DNA of 64,000 bases from Lama guanicoe (GCA_013239625.1 MU054323.1:13935950-13999949), one strand, 5' to 3'. Shown: positions 27,578 to 40,872, numbered from the stretch's first letter. Numbers and translations: made by a program. Notes: generated by a model from the letters alone, not told the origin.

Positions 27578-27664
27578 TGCGCGCGCATATGTACACACAC
27601 ACAAATTTATACACACACACACCTGTTTATTCTGTTGTTTCTCTGGAGAGCCCTGACTAATACA
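27163..27664 (+). mobile_element. MLT2 (ERVL) solo LTR
   Basis: TGATGGTTAATTTT...ACATTTAAATCAGTAGACTTTAAGTAAAGCAGATTACCCT...TCTCTGGAGAGCCCTGACTAATACA; flanks CTCTT/CTCTG. Confidence 0.9.
27533..27574. repeat. (AC)n microsatellite in MLT2
   Basis: Direct reading. Confidence 0.95.
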
Positions 27665-27737
27665 CTCTGTATAGGACAAGTGGGAAACATCACTAATGAA
27701 GTGATAGCTTGTTTTAATTAATCAATTTTATTACAGC

Positions 27738-28211
27738 TGTCGACTGAAATAAACACGCAGCCTAAAAGTTAAGAGTTATGCTTCATTTGGTGGGAGGATT
27801 CAAGCCGGGATGACAGCCACTCAGATCGCTATGAGGGACTGCTCCGAAGAGGTAAGGGAGGAGCTAGGATATATAGGAGCTTTACAACAAAGACCAAGTT
27901 GTTGGAACAATAAAAGATTACTTGTTATATAAAGAAAACCAGGCATCTCAAGTTAAAGAATTTAGTGCTTTTCTATGTATGGGAGGAAGCAAACATTTAG
28001 GCTCATTGAATTCATTCCTTTGACAAGCACCTGGCTATCTAGGGCCAGTATCCAGTCCTTTCTTGAGTGCTCTCAGAGTGCACCATTGTGAGTGGCTGCA
28101 GAGGCTGGGCTGCAGGCCCGTCCCCACTGGGGGGTGGCAGCAGCCACTGATGACTTGGTTTACTGATATGATTGCATTATTTTCACTCATATTGCAGTAT
28201 TTTTGTTCACA
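27738..28211 (-). mobile_element. Lineage-specific ERV1-type solo LTR, copy 1
   Basis: TGT...ACA termini, flanks CAGC/CAAC, minus-strand TATA-like CCTATATATCC, high similarity to 28862-29330. Confidence 0.8.
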
Positions 28212-28861
28212 CAACTGATCTAAAATAATCCTTATTTTTGATAATGCTTTACAAATTTACTGTGATACATGGTTTTCAAAGGGTTTCACATGAAATTTCC
28301 CATTTTTTGGTTTATAAAACTTTTGACAGAAAATTAGGACAGAGGACAATAGGTTTGAAAAGTATCATCCAGAGTTTATTACTGATTCACAATCAGCTGT
28401 GAGGTGATAGCATTGGCTTTAGTACTCAGATTTCCTTCCTCACAGTGTAGTAACCCTTTCATGACATATTGCAATATCTTTGGGGGATATAAGAATGTTA
28501 AGTCATGGCAGAAGCTATATATATCAGTATTATATCAGAATAATGCATACTGAAAAAAAACTTGTTGTAAGAAAAACATTGAAAAGAAAACCTACAAGTT
28601 ACATAGGGAAATGTCAGTTCCAGCTCAGGGAGACAGCTACTTCTAATGCCTCACTGGGACAGCCCTGGGTTATTTCCTGTATTGATTTAGGCACTAGGAG
28701 AGGTTCTTTTGTGTGTGTGTGTGTGCTTGAACCTTATGTTTGTTGGAAAAAGAATCAAACATAGTAATGTTTTAATCAGGAATACTAAGTAATATTTTGT
28801 TAGAAATACATAGACTATCAGACACTTTTATTATTCACAAAGCTCAGCAAGGTGTTGATCC

Positions 28862-29330
28862 TGTTGACTGAAAGAAGTGCATAGCCTAAAAGTTGAGAGT
28901 TATGTTTTATTCGGTGGACATTTCTGAGGACTCAAACCCCTTTAAGCCCGGGAAGACAGCCTCCCAGGCAGCTCTGAGGGACTGCTCCAAAGAGGTAAGG
29001 GAGGAGCCAGGATACAGAGGAGCTTTACAACAAAGACCAGGTAGGGAGAACATTAAAGAACACTGTTAAAGAAAACAGACACCTCAAGTTAAAGAATTTA
29101 GTGCTTTTCTTTGTATGGGAAACAAACATTTGGGCTCATTGAAATCATTCCTTTGACAAGCACTTAGCCAGCTAGGGCCAGTATCCTGTCCTTTCTTATT
29201 CTGAGTCCCCTCAGGCTTCAGAGGCCGCTGCAGGCTTGTCTTCACTGTGGGAGATGGGAAGGCAGCTGATGACTTGATGGCTTCAGCATTCTTTGTTTAC
29301 TGATATGGTTTGTAGTATTTTTCGTTCACA
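28862..29330 (-). mobile_element. Lineage-specific ERV1-type solo LTR, copy 2
   Basis: TGT...ACA termini, minus-strand AATAAA (TTTTATT at ~28905), colinear with copy 1. Confidence 0.8.
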
Positions 29331-31694
29331 ATTTCTTAACATCAGAAATTAGCCCCTTGGGTACACTTCTTTCAAGGCAGCCATCTTTGAAAAAGTCACA
29401 GATTTGTCTTGGCTTGGTGAAAATCTGGCATGGGACAATGAAACAAAGTAGGCATAAATAGTTTAAGCACTATGAATTGCGTAATCAAAAGGTAATTTCC
29501 ACTACAGTATCTTCCAATTCCTACTGCTTTCTCTTGAGATGGTTTTTTTTCACGCTTTCCACTACAGCCCTAAACTTTGGCTTTGACTGTGAGTGGAACA
29601 CTAGTTCCTTTAACCTAATGGATTTTAATTTGAAGCTAGTTTTTGGAAGTCTGTACCTCATCTCCTCAGCACCAGCAATGATTAGTTCATGGAAACAAAA
29701 ATTTGTGTAGAACATTAGGTGCACATATGGAGGTTAAAAAAATCATTGTCAATTATACCACAATAAAGCTGAAAAGAAAACCATTTTTTAAAAATCAAAG
29801 TATCAAGGGATTATAAAATAGCAAGCATTAGGCATTGGCATTTATGAGGGAAATGAGTTGACCCACACTGTGCCAGAGGTTAGCATCTGTCAGCCACTGT
29901 GCCTGATTCATCTCTGCTTCACGGCATCCTGGTCTAGAAAGGGTGCCAGGCACAGAGGAGATGCTGGATAAGTCACTGCTCTATATATGAATGAATTTTT
30001 AATGTTGATGAGATCCTTTTCCTGGGGCATACTCTTCATTTTACACATAGGATAAACTGAGCAGTAGGCATGTTCAGAGTTAGCATTAGTAAGTAAAAAT
30101 GGCTTCTGCTTAACATCCTGCTTGGCAATGTCCTGCTTGAAGTCCAAGGACAGTGGGAGTATCTGAAATGCCTTCCTCTGCATAACTGAAAGGAATTCGT
30201 GGGTTAGGGATCATTCAGATTCTATGGTTGTTTGTTAACAGATTTTTATACCATCTATAAATAATATTTTCTAAATGTATTAGCATAATTAGAACTCTTT
30301 TCATAGCCAAATGGGCCATTTTCAACCTTTGTGATGCTGATCAGCTTCCCATTCAGTTATTGCAGCTCTATTGTGAGGGCAGCTCAAAATGGATTAGATT
30401 TGAACAAAACCTGTCACAGGCACTTGGCAGGGTTATAAGGTGACAGACAAGTGAATTCTTCTGTTTCTGAGGCAGGACATTTGCTACAGTGGGAAACACA
30501 CTGCACTCCAAGTCAGGAAACCTGGATTCTACTGGTAGAAGCTGTGTGGGGTTTGCACAATGATTTGTTTCTCTAATCTTAATTTCCTTTTCTATTATTG
30601 AAGGGATTGATTTAAGTACTCTTCAGAGTACCTCCAACTAAGTGATCTCATAGTTTGTTAAAGGGTTTTCTAGGCAAGTGTTAACTCTAGGTGTTAGAAT
30701 ATGAGGTCTTGCATTTGAATTTAAAGATTAAGTTTTGGAGCCAGCTAAACTTTCACAGGCATTTTCTCCACTACATATAATGTGTATATTTATTTAACAT
30801 TTATGTGGGATTATCAACACTAATTAATAGCTATGGCCATGTTGAAAACAGAGAATAGAGAGAACTTATCTTGTCCCATAGTCAGATAAATTACAAAGCT
30901 ATAGCAACAGAAATACTCAGTGATTGTGTGGTAGCAAACAAATAGATCAGTGGAATAGAGATCAAGAATAGAACACTCAGGAACAGTTTCATGAATATAA
31001 AGACACTATATATACCCGTTAGCTTTTCAGATTTCTCTTTTTGTAAAGTGGCTATTATATAAATGTCTTTATTTTTCTATGGAGTTTTTATTAATTTCAA
31101 TTTTTTTTAAATTTGAAGGAATTCATTGGTATTTTATAAATAAATCCCTTGTCATTTTTAAACATGAAAAACATCTTTTAGTTTGTCACCTTCCTTTTAA
31201 ATAGGTCAAGATGATACGATATAGGTGACTCCAGGAAACTAAGAGAATGCTGCAGTTTTCCAGAGAAAGGTTCTACTTAAAAATCTGGTGGAGGACAGTA
31301 TTAGAATAAAATTTACCTAGTTATAGAACATCTGGTAAATGTTGATAAAATGTTAGAATGAACCGTGAGACTTCAGAGACATTTTGTACAGTGGGCTGGC
31401 CCTTTTGAGGCTGTATCCCTAGACCTTATTAAAGGTCTCAAATCCTTTGCCTAGCACATCAGGCCTTTTAAGTCTGCCTAGCTCTCTCATCTGCTTCTCT
31501 TCACTTATATGACCTCATAATTTAGCCATACTAATTGACTATTTGGTTATTAAAATAAATTCTGGTTCATAGATTCACTGAAATCGTTTTCCAGATTGCT
31601 TTTTCTTTTTCTTGTTTTGTGATGAAGCTGATTCTGGAAAGCTTCTTGTCACACCTGGAAGCCATGGCCAAAACTGATTTTCAAGTCTATTTCA

Positions 31695-31702
<8 letters not shown>

Positions 31703-31735
<33 letters not shown>
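31703..31735. repeat. (TG)n microsatellite
   Basis: Direct reading. Confidence 0.95.
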
Positions 31736-31740
<5 letters not shown>

Positions 31741-31744
31741 CTTC

Positions 31745-32165
31745 TGTTATGGGTTAACTTGTTTCCCCCCAAATTCATATTTCATATATTGAAGTTCTAA
31801 CTTCCAGTACCTCAAACCTCAAAATGTGACCCTTTTTGGAAATAGATTGTTGCAGATGTAATTAGAGCTCATGAGAGTGGACACTAATCTTTATATGACC
31901 AGTCTTTATAAAAAGAGAAAATTTGGAGTCAGAGACGCAGATAGAAAAAACACCATGTGAAGAGAGACTCAGGGAGGAGATGGCCATTTATAAACTAAGG
32001 AGAGGACTCTGAAACAGATCTTTCTCTCATAGCCGTCAGAAGAAATCAACCCTGCTGATATCTCAGTTTTAGGCTTCTAGCCTCCAGAACTGTGAGACAA
32101 TAACTTCTGTTTTTTAAGCCTCCCAGTTCGTGGTACTTTGTTACAGCAGCCAGCAAACTAATATA
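31745..32165 (+). mobile_element. MLT1B/C-like MaLR solo LTR
   Basis: TGTTATGGGTTAA...CCCCCCAAATTCATAT...CTTCTAGCCTCCAGAACTGTGAGACAATAA...GTACTTTGTTACAGCAGCCAGCAAACTAATATA. Confidence 0.92.
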
Positions 32166-32609
32166 CTTTCTATTCCTCAAATTAACAATTAGCTTCTTTT
32201 AAAAACCATTATGATAGAGACACAGAGGTTTTTGGTTTGTTTGATTGTTTTTACTTTACTTAAAATGACACATATCTTATATGTAGTTACTTGGTATATA
32301 ACAGTAAGTAGAGAACCACAAACCACTTTTAAATGTGGATGCTGGGAATGTATTTAGTCTACTTATCAGCTAAGTAACTATTTCCTAGAGGCAGCCTCAA
32401 CAGATAATTAAACTTTAGGTCTCATAAAAATGATTATAGATTACTAAATGTCATAGACTTTCTGAGCCACTTGTGTATAGTTAAAGCTGGTAATTTAAAA
32501 TCTACATGCTAAGAGTCTACTTATAACATTTCTGGGATGGATCAGAAATGGACCGCCTGAAATACAGTTAAAGAGTGGAGAAAACCTGTGGAGTGTATGT
32601 GACACAAAG

Positions 32610-33020
32610 TTCATTCATACATTCATCAATTTAGTAAATGCCCATTATATCAAATGCAATATGATGATTCAGGGATATAAAGATAAGGATGATATAACAC
32701 AGTGTAAGAAGAGTTATGGAGACAGGGAGGAAGAGCAACTCTGTGTAGGTGGAGCAGAGGAAAAGGGAAGTTCTGAGTTGTGGACAAGGAGCCAGAGAGA
32801 GAGGAGAGGGGATGGGTGGACTTCTTTTCCAGGCAGAACAAACAGTACATTCAGATGGACACAGGCTTGGGATTTAGATATGTTGAAGACTGGTGCCAGG
32901 TCAAGGGACTTCAGTATAAGATGTATTAAACAGAAAAAGTAGGAGATGATACTGCAGAGGTAGAACTGGACAAGTTTGGGTGGAGTCTGAAATGACATGT
33001 TAACGATTTTGGACTCTGCT
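32610..33020 (-). mobile_element. L2 remnant
   Basis: TTCATTCATACATTCATCAATTTAGTAAATGCC tail; TTCCAGGCAGAACAAACAG motif. Confidence 0.55.
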
Positions 33021-33450
33021 TTTCAGTCAATGATAAGCCATAAAAACAAAAACAAAAACGAAAAACAAAACTATGGTAATGACACAAGCAGCCCACGGTG
33101 AATGCAGAAGGCCCACTGTAGGAGAAGACCTTGTGTTTTCTACTTGACCTTTGTCCAGATCCGTAAATGGAAAAACAAAAAAGCTCCTACTTCTTTCATG
33201 CATAAAACCATCCATGGCATATTGAATGTGTGAGTTTTGTGCCATAAACTATAGATCATCTTGGAATGAACAGTATAGTGTCCCAGGCTTTATGGTGGAG
33301 TAAAGGTGATGAACTGAAAGTGGCTTAGACACTTTGTCTTTGGGAAGTTACAGCTGAGGAGGTGGGAGGACTCTAAACTACACATTTAGTTGAGAATTAC
33401 AGAGAGTCTGTGCTTGGTGTCTAAGAGCGGGACTGGACTGATTGATCAAA

Positions 33451-33515
33451 TACATACATACACACACACACATACATACATACATACATACATACATACA
33501 TACATACATACATAC
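33451..33515. repeat. (CATA)n/(CA)n compound microsatellite
   Basis: Direct reading. Confidence 0.95.
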
Positions 33516-34116
33516 GGGAGGGAGAAGTTCTCTCAAGGAAAGGGTAAGGGAAAACTTTACATAGCTTCAAGGAGAGATGAATGAGTCCTTCAAGAAGGAA
33601 TTTCCTTTGGGAGAACGAAGGCAACAGATCTTTCTTTAACTTAGCAATAAATGGACAGCCTTGGATCAGCCTGGATTCATACTTTTAATCATTAAAATAT
33701 ACTTTTCCTGTCCTCAGAAAATATTTTGATTCTAATGACCAGTTACAACTTTATCACACAGTCATTAGACTCTATAGCCCAAACTTCAATATCCAAGGCA
33801 AGCCTTATTCCCTGTACCTTGAAACCATGGGGTAAAGGTGTGTAATTCAGATCTTTCAGCTGGAATCTACTCCCTAGATAAATATCCTATTTTCACAGGT
33901 AGCATCAAAATAAAAGATTTTTGTGCTAGAAACAGAGTGTAAACACTGTATGCTTATGGCCATGACTTTAAACTTCCTTCTCTGAGTCCTCTGTTATTGT
34001 AGGTAAGTTTGAGCTCAAAATCTTATGGCTTCACCCAGGCCACAAAAGGTCAAACTGATGTAGATCAAACGTGAGGTTGCATTTTAGAGACTGGACTATT
34101 CTTGCTTGTCTAGATC

Positions 34117-35052
34117 TGGGGCCAACTGTTTAATCTGATGGACCCAAGCAAAATAAAAATGAGATGGCCCTTGCTCAAAAAGCAGGAAAAAGTGCTATTA
34201 CAGATATGAAAATGACAAGTTTTTTCCTTTCTTTGATGATCTCTCTCTCTCTCTCTTAACTTGTCATAGTGTTTTTAAAATTTACTATTTAATGTCATTC
34301 TAAGTATGGAAAAATTAAATTATAAATTATTAGTGTGAATTTACCATTCATCTTCATATTGCACAATCTCAGTTTAATGCAAATATGAAAGCATTTCTGT
34401 CATATGTGGTACCACTAAAATTCCACAGTTCATATTTCTCACTAATGCATACATTTTGCATGAGAGGAAATACATGCATTAAAAACAACTCAAATGTGTT
34501 TATTTTACTCCATGACGCATGTACGTCTACCAACATTGTTTACCTTTAACTTATTGATGAGTGAGGAAGGACTGAAAGGTAAAGGAACTGTGGGTAAGAA
34601 AGGATATGATTGGTTTCCTTGGTTACTGTGTCTCTTAGAACACCATTGTCTTCTTTCTGAGTCTCAAGCAAGTTCTTATTCTAAAGGAAACATAGCCTCT
34701 CCAGGCTATCAGTGCTCTTGCTTACTTAGTTGTAGATGTAAAATACTCATCTTATACTTGTTTTGAGCTGACTGAATCATCAGAATTCTGTGCTCATGGA
34801 GTATCTCTGGTACTATATGCAAATAGGATGTAAAGGAGCAAAGCAGAAATGCATAGTTACACATTGCATTTATGTCCTTTGCTCACAACCATGCTCTACC
34901 ATCCCATTTAGAGTTTACTTTGTGTCATGTTCAATGATAAATTATTAACAATTTCAAGGCAGTGACAGCAAAACATTAAACCAAGCACAGGGCCCTTTTG
35001 AGTGTGGGCTTCTGTGAGGCTACACAGGTGGCACACCCAAGAACCAGCCCTG
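34117..35052. mobile_element. MER45-like hAT-Tip100 DNA transposon, near full length
   Basis: Left end GGGGCC...GACCCAAGCAAAATAAAAATGAGATGGCCCTTGCTCAAAA; right end CCAAGCACAGGGCCC...CACAGGTGGCACACCCAAGAACCAGCCCTG. Confidence 0.8.
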
Positions 35053-35269
35053 CCTGGGCCAACTTCAAGGATTCCCACTTTTAGCATCACTCAATAAGAA
35101 TAGTGTTATATTCTGATTAGAAAGGGGAAACACAGTGGCAAAGGGCTTAGGGATAAAAACCCTAGAGCCATCAACAAACAGTTCCATCAACTTCTTCACT
35201 GAGATGAATACTGATACTATGTTTTAATTCTGGTGAGAATGGAGGCAACAGAAGGTGCTGGTAATTGTT

Positions 35270-35455
35270 CTGCACTGGCATTCAGGAGTCCTGTGCTCTG
35301 GTTCTAGCTTTGCCATCACTGAGCAGGATACAACGTGTCTGAGTGCCAGTATTCTCATCTGTAAAATAAGGATAATATTGACTACCTCATAGGGCTGCTG
35401 TGAGAAGTAAATAATGGAATATATGCACATAATAAGTAGTAATAAATGTAGATTT
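35270..35455 (+). mobile_element. MIR SINE
   Basis: TTCTCATCTGTAAAATAAGGATAATATTGACTACCTCATAGGGCTGCTGTGAG. Confidence 0.8.
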
Positions 35456-37179
35456 TTATTCCCACTTTGGAGATTTTATTTCCACTTTGTTGATTCTGTG
35501 CTACAAAGACACTAAATCAATACCAAACTATGTTCTGAAGAAAATCTAGAACAAGTTTTGAAGACTTTGTCACTTGGTTCCAGAACTTTGGTTCAAAGAA
35601 TAGTAGCAGGCTATCTTGATATTCATTAGGTTTTATCATCTCAGTGAATTAGTAAAATAATTAAAATTGTATTTTTTGGTAATAATCAATTATTTAATTA
35701 TGAAATTGCCTACGTGGGAAAAAATGAATGGTTTTGTGCATAAATTACACCTTTGGACTTACAAACTATGGCCAAAGTTGCCTAGGGGATATGTGTACAG
35801 GTAACCTATTCTTTCTCTTTATGTATATGAATTTTATTCAGATTTATTCATGTTTTTGCATGCAAGTATGTCCACCTGCCATTTCCTGGAAGCCTAAGGG
35901 AAATAGCAAGTGTCAGCCCGTCGGCTACTTGGGTCCTCTATCACCTGCTACCAAACTGGTACAGTGTTTATTTGTGCTTAGTTTTCCTTTTATTCTGTAA
36001 ATCTGCAGTTGTTGCAATCCCCGATGCATAACTATATTCTTGGCTGGGGAAACAGCTACATGGTTCATTTTACAGTTGACATCCCACAGAGGAAAGTACA
36101 ACTCTCCAAAGGACAGGAAGAAGAAGGGGAAGGAAGAAGGAATCAGAGACAGACGTGAAAGGCACTTGGCATTTAAGGAAGCACTGCAGGCTGGCTGCTT
36201 TTTTCAGAGCCTCAGGCTGGGGGCTGAGAGCTAGAAAGGAGTTCCACACACACAGAACTTCAAAGGACCTGGCCTGGCCTCGGGATATGTTAACATGGAA
36301 GGTTCTTCCTGATCCTACCTTTTCTTCCCCCGAGCAATCTCCCTCTAAAACATCTAGCTAGTTTTAAACTATGCTTCTTGTCTGCATAGACCATAATATT
36401 TCTGAAACCCTAGCCATGCCCACTTCTAGGCCCAGGAAAGTGCAACTAAATATTTTAAAAGAGTGAAGTAATTCATAAAGCAATTTAACGTTTTTCTCTG
36501 TAACTTCAGACTCCCTCAGAAGCCTAGTTCTATCCTGACATTGACTGAAAATGTGGGAGGTTGCCATAGTTTCTCTCGTTTCCCCATAGAGTAGATTTAA
36601 AAAAAACTTCAGGGGGTCACAGTTGGTCATGAGAACAGTAATTAAAATGCAACCTCTGGGGTAATAAAAATTCCTTACTTAATTCTGAGTTCATACATCT
36701 CCGTTCCTCCAGTTGAGGACCTGAAGTGGTAGGTGGTAGGATGTTTTATCTCTCTCTTTGATCCCCAGGAGTTTTACCTCTCCTCATATGTTCCTTTTCA
36801 CTAGCAGCCTCTGGCTCTAACAAAGTTAGAATGAGATCATGTAGGATTGGTCAGTCATGGAAAATATCCCTTTTGACTGATATTCTTTTGAACTGGCATG
36901 CTGCCCTTTCTGAGTTTGATCCTTGCTCACAGCTGATGTTCTCTCATGGGCTGCTTTCGTATGTTTATAGAAAACCCCACTTTCCCACAAAAGATCAGTT
37001 CTTAAGAGGGTGTGAGGTACCTCTTTGAATTGGCCACTTAACGCTGTTTTCTTGGGCAGAAATTCAAATTACCTCAGGCCCAATCCTGGTAAGTGGTTCA
37101 TATTTAGGCCCTTGGTACATATTAGTTTGCCATTGCGGTTTAACCCCATTTCAACATGCTGTTGCATTAAAATGAAGGC

Positions 37180-37400
37180 AGGGATGTAGCATGGTGGTTA
37201 AGAACAAAGACTTTGTGGTTCACTTCCTGGTTCTGCAATTAAATAGCTGTGTGACTTTGAACAACTTACTCAACCTCTCTGAGCCTTAATTTCTTATCCT
37301 TGAAGTGGAATAATAGTACCTAATTCAGAGGCTTGTTAGGAGGATGAAATGACTGAAATATCTAGCACATATGCACGTAACCAATAATAGGTAGTACTAC
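37180..37400 (+). mobile_element. MIR SINE
   Basis: TAGCTGTGTGACTTTGAACAACTTACTCAACCTCTCTGAGCCT. Confidence 0.85.
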
Positions 37401-37569
37401 ATCTGACCTACAATTTCTCAACAAAGATGTCCTGGATTTACTCTGTGCAAATTGTTCAATATTAGATTCATCTTTACGTGCTCAGGAACAGTTATGAAAC
37501 CAATTTTCAAAAACACTCCATTCAGCCATTTCAGAAGAGTTCCTTATTTGCTGGGCATTGTTTGAAATT

Positions 37570-37760
37570 TCCAAAATATCTTTATGTATAATTTCTCTTT
37601 TCATCTTCAAGATAACCCCATAAGACAAGAAAAAAAAAAGAGAAGGTATTACAATATTCCTCTCTTTGCAGATAAAGTGTTTGAGTTGTAGCAGAGACAA
37701 AGGTTGTAAGGACAGTGCAGGACTCAGAACCCAGGTCATCTGCCTTCCAGTTCTTTTCAG
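37570..37760 (-). mobile_element. MIR SINE
   Basis: TTTGCAGATAAAG...GCAGGACTCAGAACCCAGGTC...CTTCCAG. Confidence 0.55.
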
Positions 37761-38859
37761 GCTGTGTTGACTATCCTTCTGTGTCATAACATCATTTGTC
37801 AAATGAGCTCTGCATAAAGTGAGAGGGATTCTACTCCCTGTGGTGACAGTTCAGTGGGAGGCTTTAGAAGAGAGAAAAGTTTCTTACACGGGTTTTCATC
37901 TGCACAGGTGGCCTTCTCAAGTGAGTGGGCAGGAATGCCTCTGGTGAGGTACAGGCCTGCTCTGTCCCATTAGGGCGCTGGTCTCTCCTTTCCTTCAGAC
38001 GGCACCGGTTTCTTTAAAAATCACCCCGTTGACATGCCATTAACAGAGCAGAACATGTTGACATCCAGCTGTTGCTTTCATTACCAATTTGTTCTAATTG
38101 GTCTCACACTGTTTTCCCCTCACTTTTTTTATACTGTGTTGGTTTAACTGTCTGCAGCCAGCCTGGCTTGAGCTGTAAACCTTTTATGAGGGAAACTTGC
38201 TGATGTGTGAAAAGTCACAGGCAGCTGACTGGGCCTGGCTGGCAAGTCTGGAACATTCCAGCCCCGACCTTAACCATTCAGTGATTTTGTTTACTCTTTC
38301 CGTCTCCTTTTTAAAAATTAAGTCCCTGAATATTTAGAGGACTATTACTTTAGGCAAACCTCTAACAAAAATTATTGTTAAGACACAAATAACATGTTAT
38401 CAAACTGAAAATTAGGATGAAGTTGGGAGTGAGGGTGGCAGTTACTGGTTTGGGGGGGAAAAATCTTAGTAAGTAGGACATTTCACTAAATAACTGAGAA
38501 GTGGTCCAGTACAGTGTCCTTGGAGGAGGACAGAAGTCCAGATGGTGGGCTATCATCCAGATGTTTGAGAATCAGTCAAGAATGCAATGTGTTTAGAAGG
38601 TGACCAAGAGGGAGATGGCACCCAGCGTTTGTGGGCCACCTTGGTTGTACCTGCTGGTGGTAACTGCTTACTTGGGGTAGTGAGTAGTTGAGATAAAGCA
38701 AACCATTATCTACAAAGAGTCATAAGGTAGAACCTGTTCATATCTCATAGCTTAGCTTTGATTCTCAGTTTTGTTCAGCCTGAGCTTTTATATAGGGAAA
38801 AAAGAAAAGACACACACACACACACAAAGCAAAAACAAGTGGCAGCATTCCTTTAAGAA

Positions 38860-39080
38860 CGAATCATTCACTTGCTTGTTTAACCAATATTTATTGAGCA
38901 ACTACTGTCTTCTAAGTAGTGCTATAACTATTCCAGGATCATTTAGAAATGAGGACATTAACTTCAAGGAATGTACAATCCATTAGAAGAGATAAACTAT
39001 CATGAGTAATTTTAATATAAGATAGAATGTAGCTAAGGGTCACAAAGGTTAAAAAAATATGTCACAGGAATAAGAGATTT
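38860..39080 (-). mobile_element. L2 3' end
   Basis: ATCATTCACTTGCTTGTTTAACCAATATTTATTGAGCAACTACTGT. Confidence 0.7.
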
Positions 39081-40292
39081 CTTCTGGAGGATTTATTTAA
39101 AACCCCAACAATTCTTGTAATAAAAGACAAATAGATTTTATTCTATTAGGTGCAAATTACCCCAGCTGTCTATTGTACTCACATTCACTATATAAATATC
39201 CCGTTCCAAACTGTGACAAAAACAAGAGTTCTTCTTTTTTTTTTTAAATTGAGACTATTGGTTTATTTGATTAACACTGAATGCCTCAAATATGCCAGAC
39301 ATCGCAGCCACTCGTACCTGGAGAACAGTGGGTTCAGTGTCCACACAATGCACAAGTGCATGTGAGCAGATATTTGGAAGAGTGAGAGAGCAGAGTGGTG
39401 GTTAGGCAGTAAGGAGCTAGGGCAAAGAAAAGAAGTAAGAATGGAAGCAGAGACAGACTTCACAGAGTTCATAATCTGGCCTTGACCTATGCCAGGAGCA
39501 ATTGCCCACTTTACTCTTGAAAAATGTTCTGTGGACCATCTTTGGCACACTGACACAGATAGGTGGTCAAGGTTCTTCATGGATAGTAATTTGCCATACT
39601 ATATATTGCAAGTGTGTGAATCAGTATAATTTATATCTTAGAGCTGGAGATTTATCTGCCTTTTTTAATGATGACTTTTTATAGAAAATCTACATATGGA
39701 AAAAACTTATTGGAGTCTCATAATGACAGTTAAAAACTTCATAGGAATCCTAAATTACTAGAATAAACATGTAATAAAGTTTAGGTTTTGGTATGCCTAT
39801 TTATTTTATTTACTATTTTTAGTACTATTTTAGTATCTTTTGATACTCTATAATTTTCCTTTCTTAATTATTTGTTTACCTGTTATTTTTATTCACTTTT
39901 AACCTTAGAATTTGGTACTAGGTGGTAAATAAAGGATCTCTTACACAACTCAATGACACTGGAATTCTGAGAGAAATCAAAGTGAATTTTGTTACCAGCT
40001 CAAGTTTTCAAATTAAAAATTTCAAAATAATGAAACAGGAAAAAGCATAAAATTCCTTTCATCTTTGTTCGTAAATGTCTTAACGTGTGATGTACTTAAG
40101 AACTCATGATTTCTTCACGTGCTGTCATTGCATGCCATAGTACCACACAATTTAGAGTGGAGTAAGGCATAGATTATACTAGGAAAACTTCTGAGCCAAG
40201 GATTGTAAAGAAGAGAAGATGCAGTTTCCTCGTCTTCTGATGTCCTCATGAACATGGGGTTAGAAGACTGCTGGACATGCAGTGTGGGTCAG

Positions 40293-40872
40293 TGTGGCTA
40301 GGGGTCCCCAAGAACACCCAGAGATTCAATGATTTGCCATAGGCCCTCACAGAACTCACAAAGCAGTTATACGCGTGGTTAAGTTTTATTATAGTGAAAG
40401 TATCCAAACTAAAATTAGCAAAGAGAAAAGATATATAGGGCAGAGTCTAGGCATGGGCTTCCTGTCCTCATTTCCCAAGGAGTGGTACAGACTATTTAAT
40501 TCTTCCAGCAATGTGGGACAACACATACAGAGTATTGTCAACCAGAGAAGATTACCCAGTCTTTGGTGTCCGGAGTTGAGGGTTGAACATTTAGGCATAG
40601 AGCGCCCACATAGTACCCACCTTAATTAGTTTCTAGCACCTCAGAAGTCAGACTGATACCATGAGGCTTAAGGCTCTAACCATTAATCATGTTGTCAGCA
40701 TAGACTCTCTGGCATGATCCAAGTCCCTAGATTGACAAAGGTATTGTTATCAGACAGGAAATTCCAAGGCTTTAGAGATTGCCTTCCAAAAGTCAGCCAA
40801 AAGTCAGACTTTTCTTTAGAATGTGCATAGTTTGAAGATCCCTTACCTACTGAGTCAACTCTTTACTGCAGT
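40293..40872. mobile_element. MER77/MER68/MER21-group LTR
   Basis: AGGGGTCCCCAAGAACACCC...TTCAATGATTTGC...CTCACAGAACTCA...TTATTATAGTGAAAG...CTGAGTCAACTCTTTACTGCA. Confidence 0.75.

Noticed and set aside
27738..29330. Single deleted provirus (LTR-internal-LTR)
   Set aside because: Outer flanks do not form a TSD, the LTRs differ by several indels, and I see no PBS, PPT or gag/pol remnant in the spacer.
37180..37760. Converging MIR pair as a dsRNA hairpin or miRNA precursor
   Set aside because: The copies are too diverged by eye to form a long duplex.
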